DNA of 64,000 bases from the human T2T-CHM13v2.0 reference genome, Homo sapiens (GCF_009914755.1 NC_060930.1), one strand, 5' to 3'; positions 1 to 15,701 are shown, counted from the first letter of the stretch. Numbers and translations are program-made. The notes: generated by a model not told the origin, from the letters alone.

Positions 1-189
1 GTGAATGTTAAGTATGGCATTCCAAGTAGAGAAGAAAATGATAAAGTAGTAGAAAAAATATGGAAATTTGGAAAAAGTTGTCCTCAAACCAGAATAGCTA
101 CTGAGACTACCAAATTGTGGCTGTAATTTAGTGGATAATTAACATGAAAAATGTTGGATTAGGGAGATGCATACAATTTTCCTTCACAG

Positions 190-445
190 AGGTGGCTTGG
201 TGTGATGGAAAAGATAAAAAACAAACAAAAACTCGTCTAGAAATTCAATGCTTCTGTTGGAATTTGGTTCCACCTCTGAAGTGCAGGGTGACCTCGTCCA
301 TGTTGTGTAACTTATTTACTCTTCTTTCCTCATATGGGAAATGATGATAGAGTATCCATCAACCTACCCACATCACAGGGTTATCTGAGGAACTGATGAT
401 ATCACTGTTGTATAAAAGCTTTTTGAAAGTTGTAAAGCACCAAAG
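190..445 (+). mobile_element. MIR/MIR3 SINE, degraded
   Basis: MIR core-like segments (gtgacctc...tttcctcatatgggaaatga...cacagggttatctgagg...tgtaaagcac). Confidence 0.55.
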
Positions 446-552
446 CAACATGTAACATATGACCACAAGTAAACCACATGCTGTTCCTTCGCGTGGAAGT
501 TGGAAAGTCAAATGCAAAAGTAAAATGGAGGAGATGGGTTACATCATTTTAA

Positions 553-926
<374 letters not shown>

Positions 927-1076
927 AGTGCTTAATCTTAAGCAACAGACCTTACGCAATTTTGTTTTAGTATCATGAACACAAGAATCTGTTTGTTTTT
1001 GTTTTTGTTTTGTTGTTGTTGTTGTTTTTGACAAAGTGGTTTGAAGAGGCATTGGGGAAGGAAGCAAGATACTCAC

Positions 1077-1303
1077 AACTGAGGGGACCTCAGCCATTTG
1101 CCTCCTTATTTCAGAGCATTGTGAGATGACGGTAAGGAGGAGGGCTCACAAGGGGCTCGTGTCTGCCTCTCCGTCTGCCGCTGAGTGACGCAGAGCAAAC
1201 TGCAGAGCTGGAGACACAGCAGTATCCCAGAGAACTGGCCTGATGGCTCCTCCTGGGCCACGCACCTCCTGTCAGAGCTGGCCAGTTAGCGTTGGCAGAC
1301 AAC
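1077..1303 (-). ncRNA. Putative internal exon of an antisense non-coding or 5'UTR transcript
   Basis: Minus strand: pyrimidine-rich tract ...tatgtccttgtcctaactAG|gttgtc and donor GTT|GTGAGT; GC-richer unique sequence; no convincing ORF. Confidence 0.5.
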
Positions 1304-2272
1304 CTAGTTAGGACAAGGACATAGAATCAGAGTGGCTGACACAAGAGAGCTCCTCACTGTGACAGCAACTCAAACTTCTGGGGCTCCAGAAAGGAAATAG
1401 ATGTTTGGAAACAGATATGACAAAAGGCCTTTCCCTTCAACTGCTCAGCATGTGAGACTGAATTTTGGAAGATTAAAAAAAATAAAATAAAAAGAACCAT
1501 TGTTCATCCCCTCAGGGCTCAGCAAGTGTTTTATCACATTTTTATGAAATATAGTCTTCGCCGCAGAGCTTTGTTTGCATGAGGGTGTGTCCCATCCATG
1601 GGTGGAAAATTTCCATAACTTTTTTCCATTCTGTTCTGTTCCTCCCTCTTTTGTACAGTTTTTCAGGGTCTCTGTCCATTGTGATTCTAACATGGACCAA
1701 CCCTAAGGACCAATGTTATTTGCTATTTTAAAACTTGAAAGATCAAAATGGCAGGGGAAGAAATCAGAATCCTTTTAGTGCCAATTACTCGCCAAATGTC
1801 TGTATGAAGAGCCAACGTGACACCTTTCTTACTTAATTCATCCACCAGTGACATTTGTTAAATGATTATTCAGCCAATACTATGTCAAAGAATACCATAT
1901 ACTTTAAAAAATCCTTTAATTCAGCAAATCAGCTGATATGAGTGATTTTGTTCCTAAAAAGGTTGGTGTGTTTAAATCTCTTTCCCACTTGCAGTCTTCC
2001 CTACTGCTGTGTCTGAGGCAGGTGTTGACAGTTGTTATTCTGTGGTAGGAATTTTTAGAAACAACAGCACTGTAGGGTGGACAAATGGCTTCATCAGGAA
2101 ATCATGCACTGGTTTGAGATAAGCAAGGGTGGATTTGAAAATCACCTTCCCTTTAGTGTCACTTGTACTTTCTCTTCCTTTAGCTGCTCTCTGTTGTGAA
2201 TTCTGTCCCTGCAAAGCTTGTCACATACTCCTTACATACACCCTCCTTTCTTGCACAGAGCAATGATCTTAC

Positions 2273-2334
2273 CATTTTCTGAGAGAAACTCATAAATTCG
2301 TGTATTACGAGACAAAAGTTGACATCAGTCTTCT
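2273..2334 (-). ncRNA. Putative 62-nt antisense exon
   Basis: Minus strand: branch-like CTAAT (2376-2380), long T-rich tract, AG at 2336-2335, strong donor ATG|GTAAGA. Confidence 0.5.
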
Positions 2335-2339
2335 CTTAG

Positions 2340-2526
2340 ATCGTTTACAGAAACAAAACAAAGAAACAAAAGAAAATTAGTGCTTTCTGCAGAGGAACAG
2401 GTACACACACTGGGATGCCCTGCACTTCCTGGACAATCAATTCTGGAAACACTATGGTCACCTACAGCACCACAATGAACTGCATTCCAAGAAGCCTGGA
2501 GAGCAAATGCTGAGATGTTCTTTTTG
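2340..2526 (+). pseudogene. Fossil exon
   Basis: ttctcttAG| ... TTG|GTACAA; two frames have only one stop each (…HWDALHFLDNQFWKHYGHLQHH… or …AFQEAWRANAEMFFL). Confidence 0.45.
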
Positions 2527-2752
2527 GTACAATGCAAAAGCATATCACATTGCTGTTTGCCCACAGCACACTTTTTAACTTAAAAGTAAATGCTAATACT
2601 TTGAAGATTAAATATTAAAAAAAAAACCTCAAACCTAAGCAAATTTTAGTCTCTCTGGAAAAGCAATTGATAAATAATACACTCAAACTGTGACTATATT
2701 TTCACACTGTTAAGAATTTATTTATTAAAAAATAATATGTTTCTGGAAACAG

Positions 2753-2819
2753 CTCCCTTTTGATCATCTCCCCAGAGCTAGAATATACACACAAATTCTA
2801 TGGAATCAAAGCCTTGTAG
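2753..2819 (+). pseudogene. Fossil exon
   Basis: AG at 2751-2752; strong donor TAG|GTAAGA; reads LPFDHLPRARIYTQILWNQSLV or SLLIISPELEYTHKFYGIKAL*. Confidence 0.45.
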
Positions 2820-2946
2820 GTAAGAAACAATTTTGTTAGATGAATTCTTCAGGAAAGAAGATCATGCCAAGATAGGCCATCTACTTTAAAAAAAAAAAAA
2901 AAAAACTGGATTCTCCATCCTATAATAATAGATCATAAGTTGAATC

Positions 2947-5900
2947 TGTAGTGTGTAATGTGTCAGCTTGGCTAGGATGAACTACATTTCACAGAATTCC
3001 TGTTCTTGTATCTTTCCGGGTAAGGTGAGCTATGTGGAGAGGTTCTTGTGGGAGAAAGGAGGGTGGAAGGGAAGCAGCAGCCACATTTCAGCCGCCCCCT
3101 AAACACTGTGGCTTATCTGCTGGCTTACTTCCTTGGTGTGGGCAGTGGCCAGGCTTGCAGCTGTTTCATCTTCCCATGTATCCTCCTTCAGCTTTTCTGA
3201 TTCCTTCTCTGGTAATTAAAAAGTACAAACTGCTCTAGATATAGTGGTAAGACATTTGCACACCAAGGGTAGGAAATAAACCCCACAAATATCAAGTCTG
3301 AGGCATGTTGAGGCACCCCACAAATAGAGACCAGAACAAGAGAAGGCTCCGTAAGTCCAGACTGCTCTGCAAGCAGCTCTGCCACTTAGACCACATGATC
3401 CAGAAGAGCCAATGGTGCTTGAAATGCCAGTAACAGAAAGAAAGGCTGTTTAAAGCCTTTGCCAGGCTCCTGTAGGTACAGCACAGACAAGACCCTTAGA
3501 ATTTTGGAAGAAAGCCCTGCCATTCTTGATAGGTAATGATTCTTCTTTTATGAAATAGCTTTTATGTTATTACCGGGCCTTGGTAGAGACTGAATGTTTG
3601 ACGATGGGCTACCAAGTTACCATATGACCTGAGCTGCCCATTACTAGTGTTGTCTGAGTCACCAGGCCATAAAGTTGAGTATGCACAGAAGGACTCTCTG
3701 ATTAAATGGAAGTGGTAGATACGAAATTGGGCCTCAGCAGGGCCTGAAAGCACAAATACGTTGCATGAGCAAGTGGCCTACATATCCGTGGCCCTTACTC
3801 CTATTACATTGCCTTCTTTCTCTCAACTTACACCTATGACCCTTGGAGAGCTTCCTATGACAAGCTGATAAAGGGATAAAAATCTTGGGCCTAGTTTGCA
3901 GAACTTCAAGCAATGCTCCTGGTCATTCATTTTGCTTCAAAGAATAAATGTCCAGAAGTACAAGTCAACACTAATTCATGGGCTATTTGGTTGTATGGTC
4001 AGAGAATTGGAAGGAACATGATTGAGAAATTGGTGACAAGGAAATCTGGTGAAAAGGTAGGTTGATGGACCTCTTCAAATGGGCATAGTATGTAAAAATA
4101 TCTGTGTTCCATGTGAATGCTCGCCAAAGGGTAAACTCAACAGAGGAGGATTTTATTCATCAGGTGAACAGAATGAGCCATTCTGTGGACATTCGTCACC
4201 TTTCTTCCCAACCAACTCCTGTCATTACCCAACTGGAAAATGAAAAAAACAAAAAAAAGGCAATGGTGGCAAAAAATGGCAGTTATGCGTGGGCTCATCG
4301 ACATGAACTTCTACTTACCAAGGCCTATCTAGCTATAGCCACCACTGAGTGGTGCCAAAACTGAGTGCCTGATCTGTTAACAGCAGAGATTGACAGTGAG
4401 CTCCTGACATGGCACCATTCCCAGCTACTAGGCTGATTACATTAGATCACTTCCCTCATGGAAGTGGCAGTGTTTGGCTCTTACTGGAATAGACACTTGT
4501 TGTGGATATGCATTTGACTTCCCTGCCCACATGCTCCTGCTAAAACCACTACAAAAACCACGTACAGAATAACTTATTCACTATCACGGTATTTCACACA
4601 GCATCACTTTTGACCAACAAATTTGTGTCACAGCAAATGAGGTACAGCAATGGACTCATGCAACCCACTGATCTTACCGTGTTCCCCGTCACCCTGAAGC
4701 AGCTGGCTTGATAGAATGGTGGAATGTCCTTTTGGAGACTCATGTATGGTCTTTTAGGATGCAAAGTATGCTCTAGATCAGCATCCAACATATATTTCTG
4801 TTTCTTCCTTAGCCAGAACTCATGCGTACGGGGATCAAGGGGTGGAAATAGGACAGGATCTTCTCACTATTATCCCTAGCAGTTCACTAACAAACGATTG
4901 CTTCCAGTCCCTGTGACATCAGGCTCGGGTGGTAAAGAGGTCTTAGTTCCAAAAGGAGGAGTTCTTCTGCCAGGGGACATATGATGACTTGGTTGATCTG
5001 GAGTGCCACCTGACCGCTTTGACTCATGCCATTGAATCAACAGGCAAAGAAGGCAGTGATTCAATCTAGGCTGCTTCTACACAAAGAGAATCAGGAGCAT
5101 GTCTTGAAAGCTAAAGTTCTAGGTTTCCTGTTAGTACTACCATATCCTGTGATTAAAGTGAATAGAAAACTACATCAGTTCAACTTAACAAGACTGCTAA
5201 TGGCCTAGAACATTCAGGAACAAAGATTTGGTTTATATCACCAGGCAAAAACCCAAGACCAGTTAAAGTACTTACTGAGAACAAAGGGAACATGAAGTAG
5301 GTAGTGGAAGAATGTAGTTCTAAATACCAGCTGTGGTCATGTGACCAGTGACAGATACAAGTACTGTAATAATTATGAGTATTTCTTCATTTTTATAGGA
5401 CTATATGCAAACATACATATAAATATATGTATATATATTTCTTTAACCAATTATTTTGTATTTGTCTTCTGTCTCATTCCCTTATCATCTAACATAAAAT
5501 GTGTTAATACTATTTAACTTAATATCTCAATGTATAAGTTGTAGGATATCAAAGGAGAGGTGAGAATCTGTTGTGAATCTGTTAAAAGAAAAATGAATAT
5601 CACCCAAAATCATAACAAGAATGTTGGATTCTCTCTTACAGAAAAGTGTATTTTGGTTGTTCTTGGGACAGACATATCATGTTAGAGGCAGGCACAACTT
5701 TGTTATTATCTGTAATTGGAAATTAAGTTTGAGTTAAGGAGAGAGTAGGAGGCCAAGTTGTCAAGGTGTGGCTTTGTAAAGAGCGAACCCAACTAGACTG
5801 AACTCTGTTTCCCAGAATTCCCTTTTTTGTGTGTTTCTGGTTAGGGTGGGTCACAGGAGAGATTCTCGGGCAAAATTTGGAGAGGGGAGTAAAGCAGCAG

Positions 5901-6398
5901 CCATTTGCTACCTTATATATGTCTCTTCGCTGCTGGATCACCTCTTGCATGAGACAGCAGCTGGGCCTGCAACTGTTCCACCTTCCCCTGGATGGATCCT
6001 CCTGAAGCTTCTCCAACTCCTGGGCCAGGTACACACCTTTACTGAGCTCTGTTATGAAGGGCTCTGCCTCTGAAGGACGTTATACAACCAAGGTTAGAGG
6101 CATTCAGAACTGGTGCAAGTTTCAGTCTGTCCTTGTGAGCCCCCACTGTGTCTGGGGTTCTAGCCTGCTCTGGTTCTTCCCCACTTTATATCCATCTTCC
6201 TTTCCTGACAACCTGTCATTGGAATTCAAGCTCCAGCATTGGATATGAAGACAACAGCTTTACAGACATGACTTAACCACTTAACCACACCACACTATTA
6301 TGTAATGTCAAATCCCTGGAACTGTATAAATACATATACATACATACACACAGGCATCCTAGTGTTTTTGCTTCTCTTATTGAAAACTTAATAATACA
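2947..6398 (+). mobile_element. Deleted ERVL-class provirus: partial 5' LTR (2947-~3204), pol remnants (~3205-5760), 3' LTR (~5767-6398; LTR41/LTR52-like)
   Basis: The two LTR segments are mutually homologous (…cagaattcc…aagcagcagcca…); internal sequence resembles HERVL RT/RNaseH/integrase (ORF MFHVNARQRVNSTEEDFIHQVNRM); 3' end ...taataca. Confidence 0.85.
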
Positions 6399-6437
6399 GT
6401 ATTTTAGTTGAACGTTAAAAGATTACATTCTTTGAGA

Positions 6438-7106
<669 letters not shown>

Positions 7107-7250
7107 CAAGGTTAAATTATTAATAAACAACATTCTGGTTAAGTATAGATCCATCATATGCATTTAGATGCATTGTAACTGGGCATAACTTAGAGAAACC
7201 AAAATCCAGACCATCAGAAATAATGCATTAGGAGCATTTCCTTATATCAG

Positions 7251-7361
7251 GAAGGTCTAGAGATAGTACCATTACATCAGCCTCACCATTAAGTGGTGGG
7301 GAAAAAAGCTTCTTTGGAAAGGGTTTCCAAAGGCTGGACTTTACATAAAACAGAGATTTTG
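7251..7361 (+). pseudogene. Fossil exon (111 nt)
   Basis: tttccttatatcAG| ... TTG|GTAAGT; length is a multiple of 3; phase 0 reads EGLEIVPLHQPHH*VVGKKASLERVSKGWTLHKTEIL. Confidence 0.5.
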
Positions 7362-7684
7362 GTAAGTGGAGTAGGGCTGGACATCACCATCTCCAGAGGT
7401 TAGCCAGGAAACCTAGGGAAGGGATGGCATGCCATCCGCTGAATTTTGAGTGTGGCATCTTCTGAGGGAGTCATGGAATGACATCAGCCTGAATAACCGT
7501 GAGTCATTCTTGTTCATACCTTTCCCCAGCACCATCGGCATGTGAATTCAGCAGCCCCAGAGTTTCTCCTTTCATCCAGTTTTGTTCTAGCCCCATTTGC
7601 TCTCATATTGCCCCAGATGAGCCAGGAGGGACAGACTGCTCCATAGGGTGCCTGAAAACCTCCAAATATGAGTCATGGAAAGCA

Positions 7685-7862
7685 ACATCATGTAGTTGGC
7701 ATTTGACTGAAAATCAAGAGGTCTGGATGTTAACCAAGAGCTGCCACTTAATTATAAGCTATGTGACTATGGATAAATCAAATTCTCTCTCTGAATCTCA
7801 TTTCGTCAACTGTAAACTGAAGGAGTTGGACAAGGTGATCTTGAAAATATCTGCATTCTGTG
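7685..7862 (+). mobile_element. MIR3-like SINE
   Basis: ctgccactta...agctatgtgactatggataaatca...tctcatttcgtcaactgtaaa...gagttggac. Confidence 0.65.
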
Positions 7863-7882
7863 TAATTAAGAGTGGAGTAACA

Positions 7883-8400
<518 letters not shown>

Positions 8401-8483
8401 TTAACAGGTGTAGTCATGCCAAGCACCATGTGGATAGCCTGAATTAAATCCCTACTTGTAAATGTGCTAGGCTATAGCATGGC

Positions 8484-8670
8484 CATCCATTCATCCATCT
8501 GCTCACCCATCCATCCACCTGTCCGTCAATAAATATTCACTAAGCACTTCTATGTGCAGGACATTGTGGTCAGCACTGGAGACAGGAAGATGAATATGGT
8601 CTAGCTCCCTTCTTCAAGGTGCTCACAGTTCAGTGAGGGCAGAAACATTTACACATAACTAATTATGCGT
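8484..8670 (-). mobile_element. L2 3' end
   Basis: cattcatccatc...caataaatattcactaagcacttctatgtgcagg...ttcaaggtgctcacagt. Confidence 0.7.
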
Positions 8671-8779
8671 GATAATTTTAAAATGTATATTTAGAACAGA
8701 GATGGTGTTTTGGTAATATCTTGATCCTCAGAACTTTGTACAAAGTTAAAGCAAAATAATTGTTTTTTCTGAATATCAG

Positions 8780-9467
8780 AATACATGGAACAAACAGCAT
8801 TTTAGAAAATTCTACAGGGAGATATGGGAAAGAGGGATTTAAAATATTTCTTTAAACTAAAAATAGAACTACCCTTTGACCCAGCAATCCCATTCTGGAT
8901 ATATACCCAAAGGAAAATAAATCATTCTACCAAAATACACCTGCACTCATATGTTTATTACAACGCTAGTCACAAGAGCAAAGACATGGGATCAACCTAG
9001 GTGTCCATTAATGGTGGACTGGTCAAAGAAAATGTGATACATACACACCATGGAATACTATGCAACCATAAAAATAAATGGAATCATGTCCTTTGCAGAG
9101 ATGTGGATGCAGCTGGAGGCCATTATCCTAAGTGAATTAGCGCAGAAGCAGAAAATCAAATATTGCATGTTCTCACAAGTGGGAGCTAAATATTGAGTAC
9201 ACATGGACATAAAGATGAAAACAATAGACACTGGGGACTCCAAAAGTGGGGGAAGAGGGGAGGAAGCAAAGCAAGACTTTAACAGCTGCCTATTGAATAC
9301 TGTGTTCACTATTTGGGTGATTGTTCGAACAGAAGCCCAAACCTCAGCATCACTCAATACAGCCATGTAACAAAGCTACACATGTACCCCCTCAATCTAA
9401 AAAAAATTTCTTTAAGTTCCTTTAGGAAACTCACGGCCCCCCTTTTCCCTGACATGTCTTACCGACA
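8780..9467 (+). pseudogene. Fossil exon split by an L1 insertion (exonic parts 8780-8855 and 9416-~9467)
   Basis: Acceptor gttttttctgaatatcAG; removing the L1 and one TSD joins the frames NTWNKQHFRKF / LQGDMGKRDLKYFFKFL*ETH. Confidence 0.55.
8856..9405 (+). mobile_element. 5'-truncated L1PA15/16-like element (end of ORF2 and 3'UTR)
   Basis: gacccagcaatccca...catgtaacaaagctacacatgtaccccc; TSD atttctttaa at 8846-8855 and 9406-9415. Confidence 0.92.
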
Positions 9468-9960
9468 GTTATATATATTTCTATATGTATTCATTACTGC
9501 AGCAGACCTTTAGGAAGAGAAAGAGGAAAGAGAAGAAAATTCAAATTCTACTCTCCGTATAACTGAACAAGTAACCATCAATTTTCCCTCTCTGGAAAAG
9601 GCCACGAGCTTTCTAGGAAAAGAAGACACTATCTAGAATTAGCCAAATTTAATTAAGTTGATGTTATTAACTTACACTATTATATACAAATGTGATGATT
9701 GTAAACTGGAAGTTCATCTTCACGAAGCAAATAAATATTTTTGAGACTTATGTCATCAACACTAAAATGTTTACATATTAGCATCTACATTCTCCATAGA
9801 TAGTTTTAAATAATTAAATTTATATTTTTCAAAACACTACTTGATTTTCCTCAGTTTTGTTAGAATCAAATAACTGTTGGTTAAAAGAGAACAATAAACA
9901 GCTTATACCAACTGAGAAAACCTGAACATCATTTCTAATTTTTGTTCTTAACTTGTACAG

Positions 9961-10091
9961 TTGAAGATATTATTAAGGAAACAGAAAATACATATTTTAA
10001 TGGTTAAACTTAAAATGTTTAACTATTCGGCATCCAGCAAACTGGGTGAAGTTTGCTCTTCTATCTGACTTCCGAGAAGCCAGCAAGCCAG
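9961..10091 (+). pseudogene. Fossil exon
   Basis: Strong acceptor tttttgttcttaacttgtacAG; …KMFNYSASSKLGE / SLLFYLTSEK (one frameshift) resembles the RGS motif GE..LLFWL..EK; weak donor CAG|GTCATG. Confidence 0.4.
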
Positions 10092-11498
10092 GTCATGTGG
10101 CTGGCTGACCTCCCAGCACCACCTACCTCAACTCCATGAGATGCCATCAGATCCCACCCAAAGGAGCCAGTCGTCCCCATGAAACAATGACCAATTCTTA
10201 CAAGACACAACTGGAGCTCTGTTGCTGTGGCACAGGAAGGCTCGATAAGATCTCCCAGCCACAGCATTCTTTTGTGTCAGCAGACTCAAGTGGGATGTTC
10301 CTTCTGCAGCTCTTACCGAGCAAGAGGAAGCGGGCTTTGAAACACAATGTTCATTGAAATTGGCTTTCATCTGAGGAATCCCAGGGTGGCTCCTGCTTCA
10401 TGATGTGCATTCTGTCTGCAGCTGAGCTCTCCTGATGCATTTCCCTTGTTTGTTCTGGGGGGAAGGCAGCACCTTTACGGGACTCACCCTTTTACTAGGT
10501 AAAGGGCATCGCATTGTGCTGGGCGAAGCATTATGTGTCAGGATGTCTCCAGTGAGTCTGGAGCCTAGAAGGAGCATCAAAAATAAAATTAAAAAAAATC
10601 AAGTCCTCCACCATCCTGGCTCACTGATGGAACAATTTAGGAGAAGAACACAAAGCCATCTAATGACCCTGGGGAGCATTTGCTTGTTTGGTGACCTTAG
10701 GCGCAGGAAGTCATTTATCACTCTAGTTGCTACATTGGGCACAATGCCACAGGACACAAATGGGGGTACTGAACGTAAGTCTGAGTGTTGGCCCAATAGT
10801 ACCTGTCCAGAAGCAGCCTGGGATCCATGATCCATTGCAGGGCAATTATGGCTGTTAAGAAAATGAAGAGAAGTAAGTAATCCACAGTATCAAATCATGG
10901 GTGAGAAGTCTCTCCATCCCATTGCCCTAGTTTTATAACTTAGCAATTCATCTTCTTTTCAGAGAAAACCATTCTGGATCCCAAACAGATTTTCTCTGAT
11001 TAAGAAATAGTCTCAATCAGTACATGGAGAAAAAAGCAAACACTGTTAAGCCCATCTTTTCTTGCTAGACACCTCTTCCTTTCTATCTGCTCCACCCAAT
11101 CTGGGCCAGTTTATTATGCAAAATGAGATAAGCAGTCAACTCCCAATAGGAATAGAAGAAAGAACACACCACTTTTTCACTTCCACGGCACTTTTAACTT
11201 TGCACATATTTTTTCCTTTGACTCTCAAAATAACCTGGCAAAGTTAGATAGGCATTGTCTATTTTCAGCAGTACAAGGAGTTAGTACAGAGACAAAGTTA
11301 AAGACCCTTGAACCTCATAAAGAGCTGGCAGCAGAAAGTACAGAACCCACATGTCAGGTTCCTCAGGTAGGCCCTGTTCATCAGGTCAGATCCCTTAGGC
11401 ATGTGGACAAGTGACCAGTCTCCAGTTGACTGTAAAGGCTGGCTTTCATCACCACCAGCGGGCTAACCTCCTACATATATCTGTGTGTCTACGGCAAG

Positions 11499-11590
11499 GT
11501 CGACAGAACCCATATATAAGGAAATACTGATACTGAAAAACTTGAAAAACCTGGAAGTTGCTTCTTGGAATCCAGTGTTCTTGTCCCAAG
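11499..11590 (+). pseudogene. Fossil exon
   Basis: AG at 11497-11498; donor AAG|GTAAAA; open frame STEPIYKEILILKNLKNLEVASWNPVFLSQ. Confidence 0.4.
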
Positions 11591-12031
11591 GTAAAAAGAA
11601 TAGATGTCAATCTTGTAACTGACGCATGACACTGACGAAAATGACAATCCATGCACTTAGCTTTCCCAAGAATGAAATGAATCAAAAAGTACCAAGAAAT
11701 CAAAATTCTAGCTAAAGCTCATGAAAAGGACTCAAAACTACTCTCTGAATGGCTTATCTTTAGCTGAGCTCATAACAGAACTCTTAAATTTCTGAAAATT
11801 TGGTAGAATCTTCTTGTGAAATTCTTCAGAAAGGATTGCCCAAACCTAGGGATAGCAAAAGTTTTTGATGACCTTTCCGCTACCTATGACTCAACTTATC
11901 CCTGATTACAATAGGCTTCTGGAGAAGAGAATTTATATTAGCAATTGGCTTTGAGTAAAAGGGTCTGTGAAACTATCTGTTCCTCATCAGTTCCCTCCCC
12001 CAACCCAGGTTAAAAGAATAAAATGAAATTA

Positions 12032-12445
<414 letters not shown>

Positions 12446-12501
12446 TCTAGAGAATAATGCTGGAGCACATAATTTATATATACATATGTATTTATACAAC
12501 A

Positions 12502-12892
12502 CACACATCTTTGAACAACATGGGTTTGAACTGTGCTGGTACACTTATACATGGATTTCCCTCGGCCTCTGCCACCCCTGAGATAGCAAGACCAACCCAA
12601 CCCCCCCCTTCCTCAGTCTACCAAATCTGAAGGCAATGAGAATGAAGACCATTGTTGATCTACTTTCATTTAATTAATAGTAAATATATTTTCCCTTCCT
12701 TATGATTTTCTTTTTTCCTCTAGCTTACATACAGTATATAACACATATAACATACAAAATATGTATTAATTGTCTGTTTATGTTATCAGTAAGGCTTTTG
12801 GTCGACAGTGAGCTGATGGTAGTTTTAAGGGAGTTAAAAGCTTTACTTGGATTTTCAACTGCACAAACCCCACACTGTTCAAGGATCAATTG
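12502..12892 (+). mobile_element. Tigger2a (MER28) DNA transposon
   Basis: ttgaacaacatgggtttgaactg...cctctgccacccctgagatagcaagaccaacc...tgttcaaggatcaattg, with terminal inverted repeats. Confidence 0.88.
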
Positions 12893-12984
12893 TCTGTATA
12901 TTCTCTGGGCTGGGACCACATAATGTCCAGAAGAGAGATCACATATTATATTAAAGCACATCTAATTCAATTTGTCTTAATTTA

Positions 12985-13470
12985 GGGAAAAACATATGTG
13001 TTGAATACTGCTATGTGTCCAGGGCTGTATAATGCAACAAATAAAAAGATACATCCCTGCCCTCAAGGACATCATAGTATGGTCTGAAGGCAATCACATA
13101 AACAGATGTTTTTAGTACAATATACAATGTGTTGAGATAGAGTGATACCCACGGTAATATGGGCCCTAACTGGATGGACCCTAACTTGTCTTATGAAGGA
13201 ATGGGAAAGACTTGCAGTGGAGGTAATGCCTGTGCTGATACTTTAAGCTTGAAAAGTAATTATTTAAGTAAAGAAGATAATAAAGGATATTCTAGACAGA
13301 AGGACTAACAAGAGAAAAAGTGAGGAGGACTGAAACACAAGGCACATTTGAATAAATACAAGAAGCTTGGTATTCCTAAAAAGCTAAGGGCAAGGAAGAA
13401 ATGGGGTGAGGCATGTATGCAGAGGCCAGAATGAAGATGGTCTTGAAATTTTAAAGCTCCTGTAAGATAT
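12985..13470 (-). mobile_element. L2 fragment
   Basis: ttgaatactgctatgtgtccagg...ccctgccctcaagga...attctagacagaagg. Confidence 0.7.
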
Positions 13471-13734
13471 AGATCAAACAAATCAGAACAGGATTTAGGT
13501 CTCACCACTTTTGATACTGAGAATTCAGAAATTAGATAGTGTGAGGTAAGAAATCAAAGAAACTAAAAAGGCAAGGTGGAGGTTTTCCTAAGATCAAAAG
13601 ATTTGCTTAGAGGTGATGAATGACAGCTAGAGGTGAAGGCGGAGGTAAAACATTACTGACATTTTGGCAAGTTGCTTATAGCCTCTTGGGAGACCTTTAA
13701 AGAGAACTAGCAACATGATTCTTTTCTTCCTTAG

Positions 13735-14309
<575 letters not shown>

Positions 14310-14640
14310 TCATGGGTGGTTTGAACTTGCTTATAGAAAGTAACAATAGCAAAGATAACTTGAGTTTAACAAAGGGTAGTGCGTATTCAGTAAATTAGAA
14401 ATAAGGAAGAATACAGGGTCCTTTCTTTGGTTGGAAAACTAATAGAAACTACTATTATTAATATAATTTCACAATAAAGCAAGAAAGAACTTTATTAAAG
14501 CAATCCAGAAGAGAATCCCTAGGGCTTTGCAGGGAAGGGGCTTGAAGTATGCCTCACTGCCTCACCCGCCCCTCCATTCTTCCCAAACCCCATCTCTTAG
14601 TGATTTAGCAAGGTCAAGGAGCAAACAGCTGTGGTGCAAC

Positions 14641-15679
14641 CAGGGCCAGCTATATAATTTGCAGTGCCCAGAACAAAATGAAAATGCAGAACCTCTTATT
14701 CAAAAAGCAGAAAATAACATGCTGTTAAAGGTACTAAAATAGTTTTTTCCTTTCTTTCACAGTCTTTCTCTTGACTTGTCATGGTTTTTTTGTTACTATA
14801 ATTCTGTTCTAAATAAGAAAAAATAAAATTTTAAATTATTAGCAGGATTCTTACCATTCATCTTTATATTGTGCAATGCCAGTCTTGAACACAAATTTAA
14901 AAGCCATTAACCCAATGTAGAGTCATCAAAATCACACAATTTGTATTTTGTACTCATACATGCACATATATTTTGCTCTGACTAGAACAGTGGAAATGCT
15001 GTAGAATACTAACTCAACTGTTCTTACCTCTCTTCCTCATATGCATACATTCTACCAGCATTCTCTACCTCTGACTTACTGATGGGTAAGAAAAAACTAA
15101 AAGGAAAGTTAACTGTAGATCAACTTATCTTTCTCTCTGCTTTATGTCACAATTTCTAGCATATGTGGTTGGCTAATACAGGGAAGTAACATGAGTTATG
15201 GATATGAGAGAGTTCCTTGCTGTTCCTGTTTTTTAGAACTCTTATTTCCTTCTGTTTGCATTCCAAGAAAGTTCTCATTCAAAGCGAGTTCTCATTCAAA
15301 AGAAAAGTGGTCTCTTACAGTTATCAGACCACTTCTCCCGCTACTTACTCAGTGGTAGACCTAACATGCTTAATGTTGCTTGCTTTGAGTTTTAGTGAAC
15401 TCCCATGTATCGTGGGTCCACTGGAATGTTCTGCTTATGGGCCATGGTGAATACTACGTGGCTCATGGGGTAATGAGGCATCACAGCCATCATGCATTGT
15501 ACGTGTCTTCTCTGCTTGTGCACATGCTCCATTGTCCCATTTCACTTACTTACAAATCACAAGTTCAAAGATAAAATTATCAAGAATTTTAAAATGGCAT
15601 AGAAAGGCATGAAGCCAGGTACAAGGTCTCCTAAGCACTGTATGATCATAGAATTTGCATGCGCATGAGGCCAGCCCAA
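14641..15679 (-). mobile_element. MER45B (hAT-Tip100) DNA transposon, near full length
   Basis: Ends cagggccagctatataatttgc… and …catgaggccagccc; about 1040 bp; 8-bp TSD ggtgcaac / ggagcaaa (6/8). Confidence 0.82.
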
Positions 15680-15701
15680 GGAGCAAAGGACTAATATTCT
15701 T

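Noticed and set aside
9503-9960. Apparent long reading frame after the 9502 acceptor
   Set aside because: About 10 stops in about 150 codons is close to random expectation for AT-rich DNA; only the first ~45 codons might be exonic
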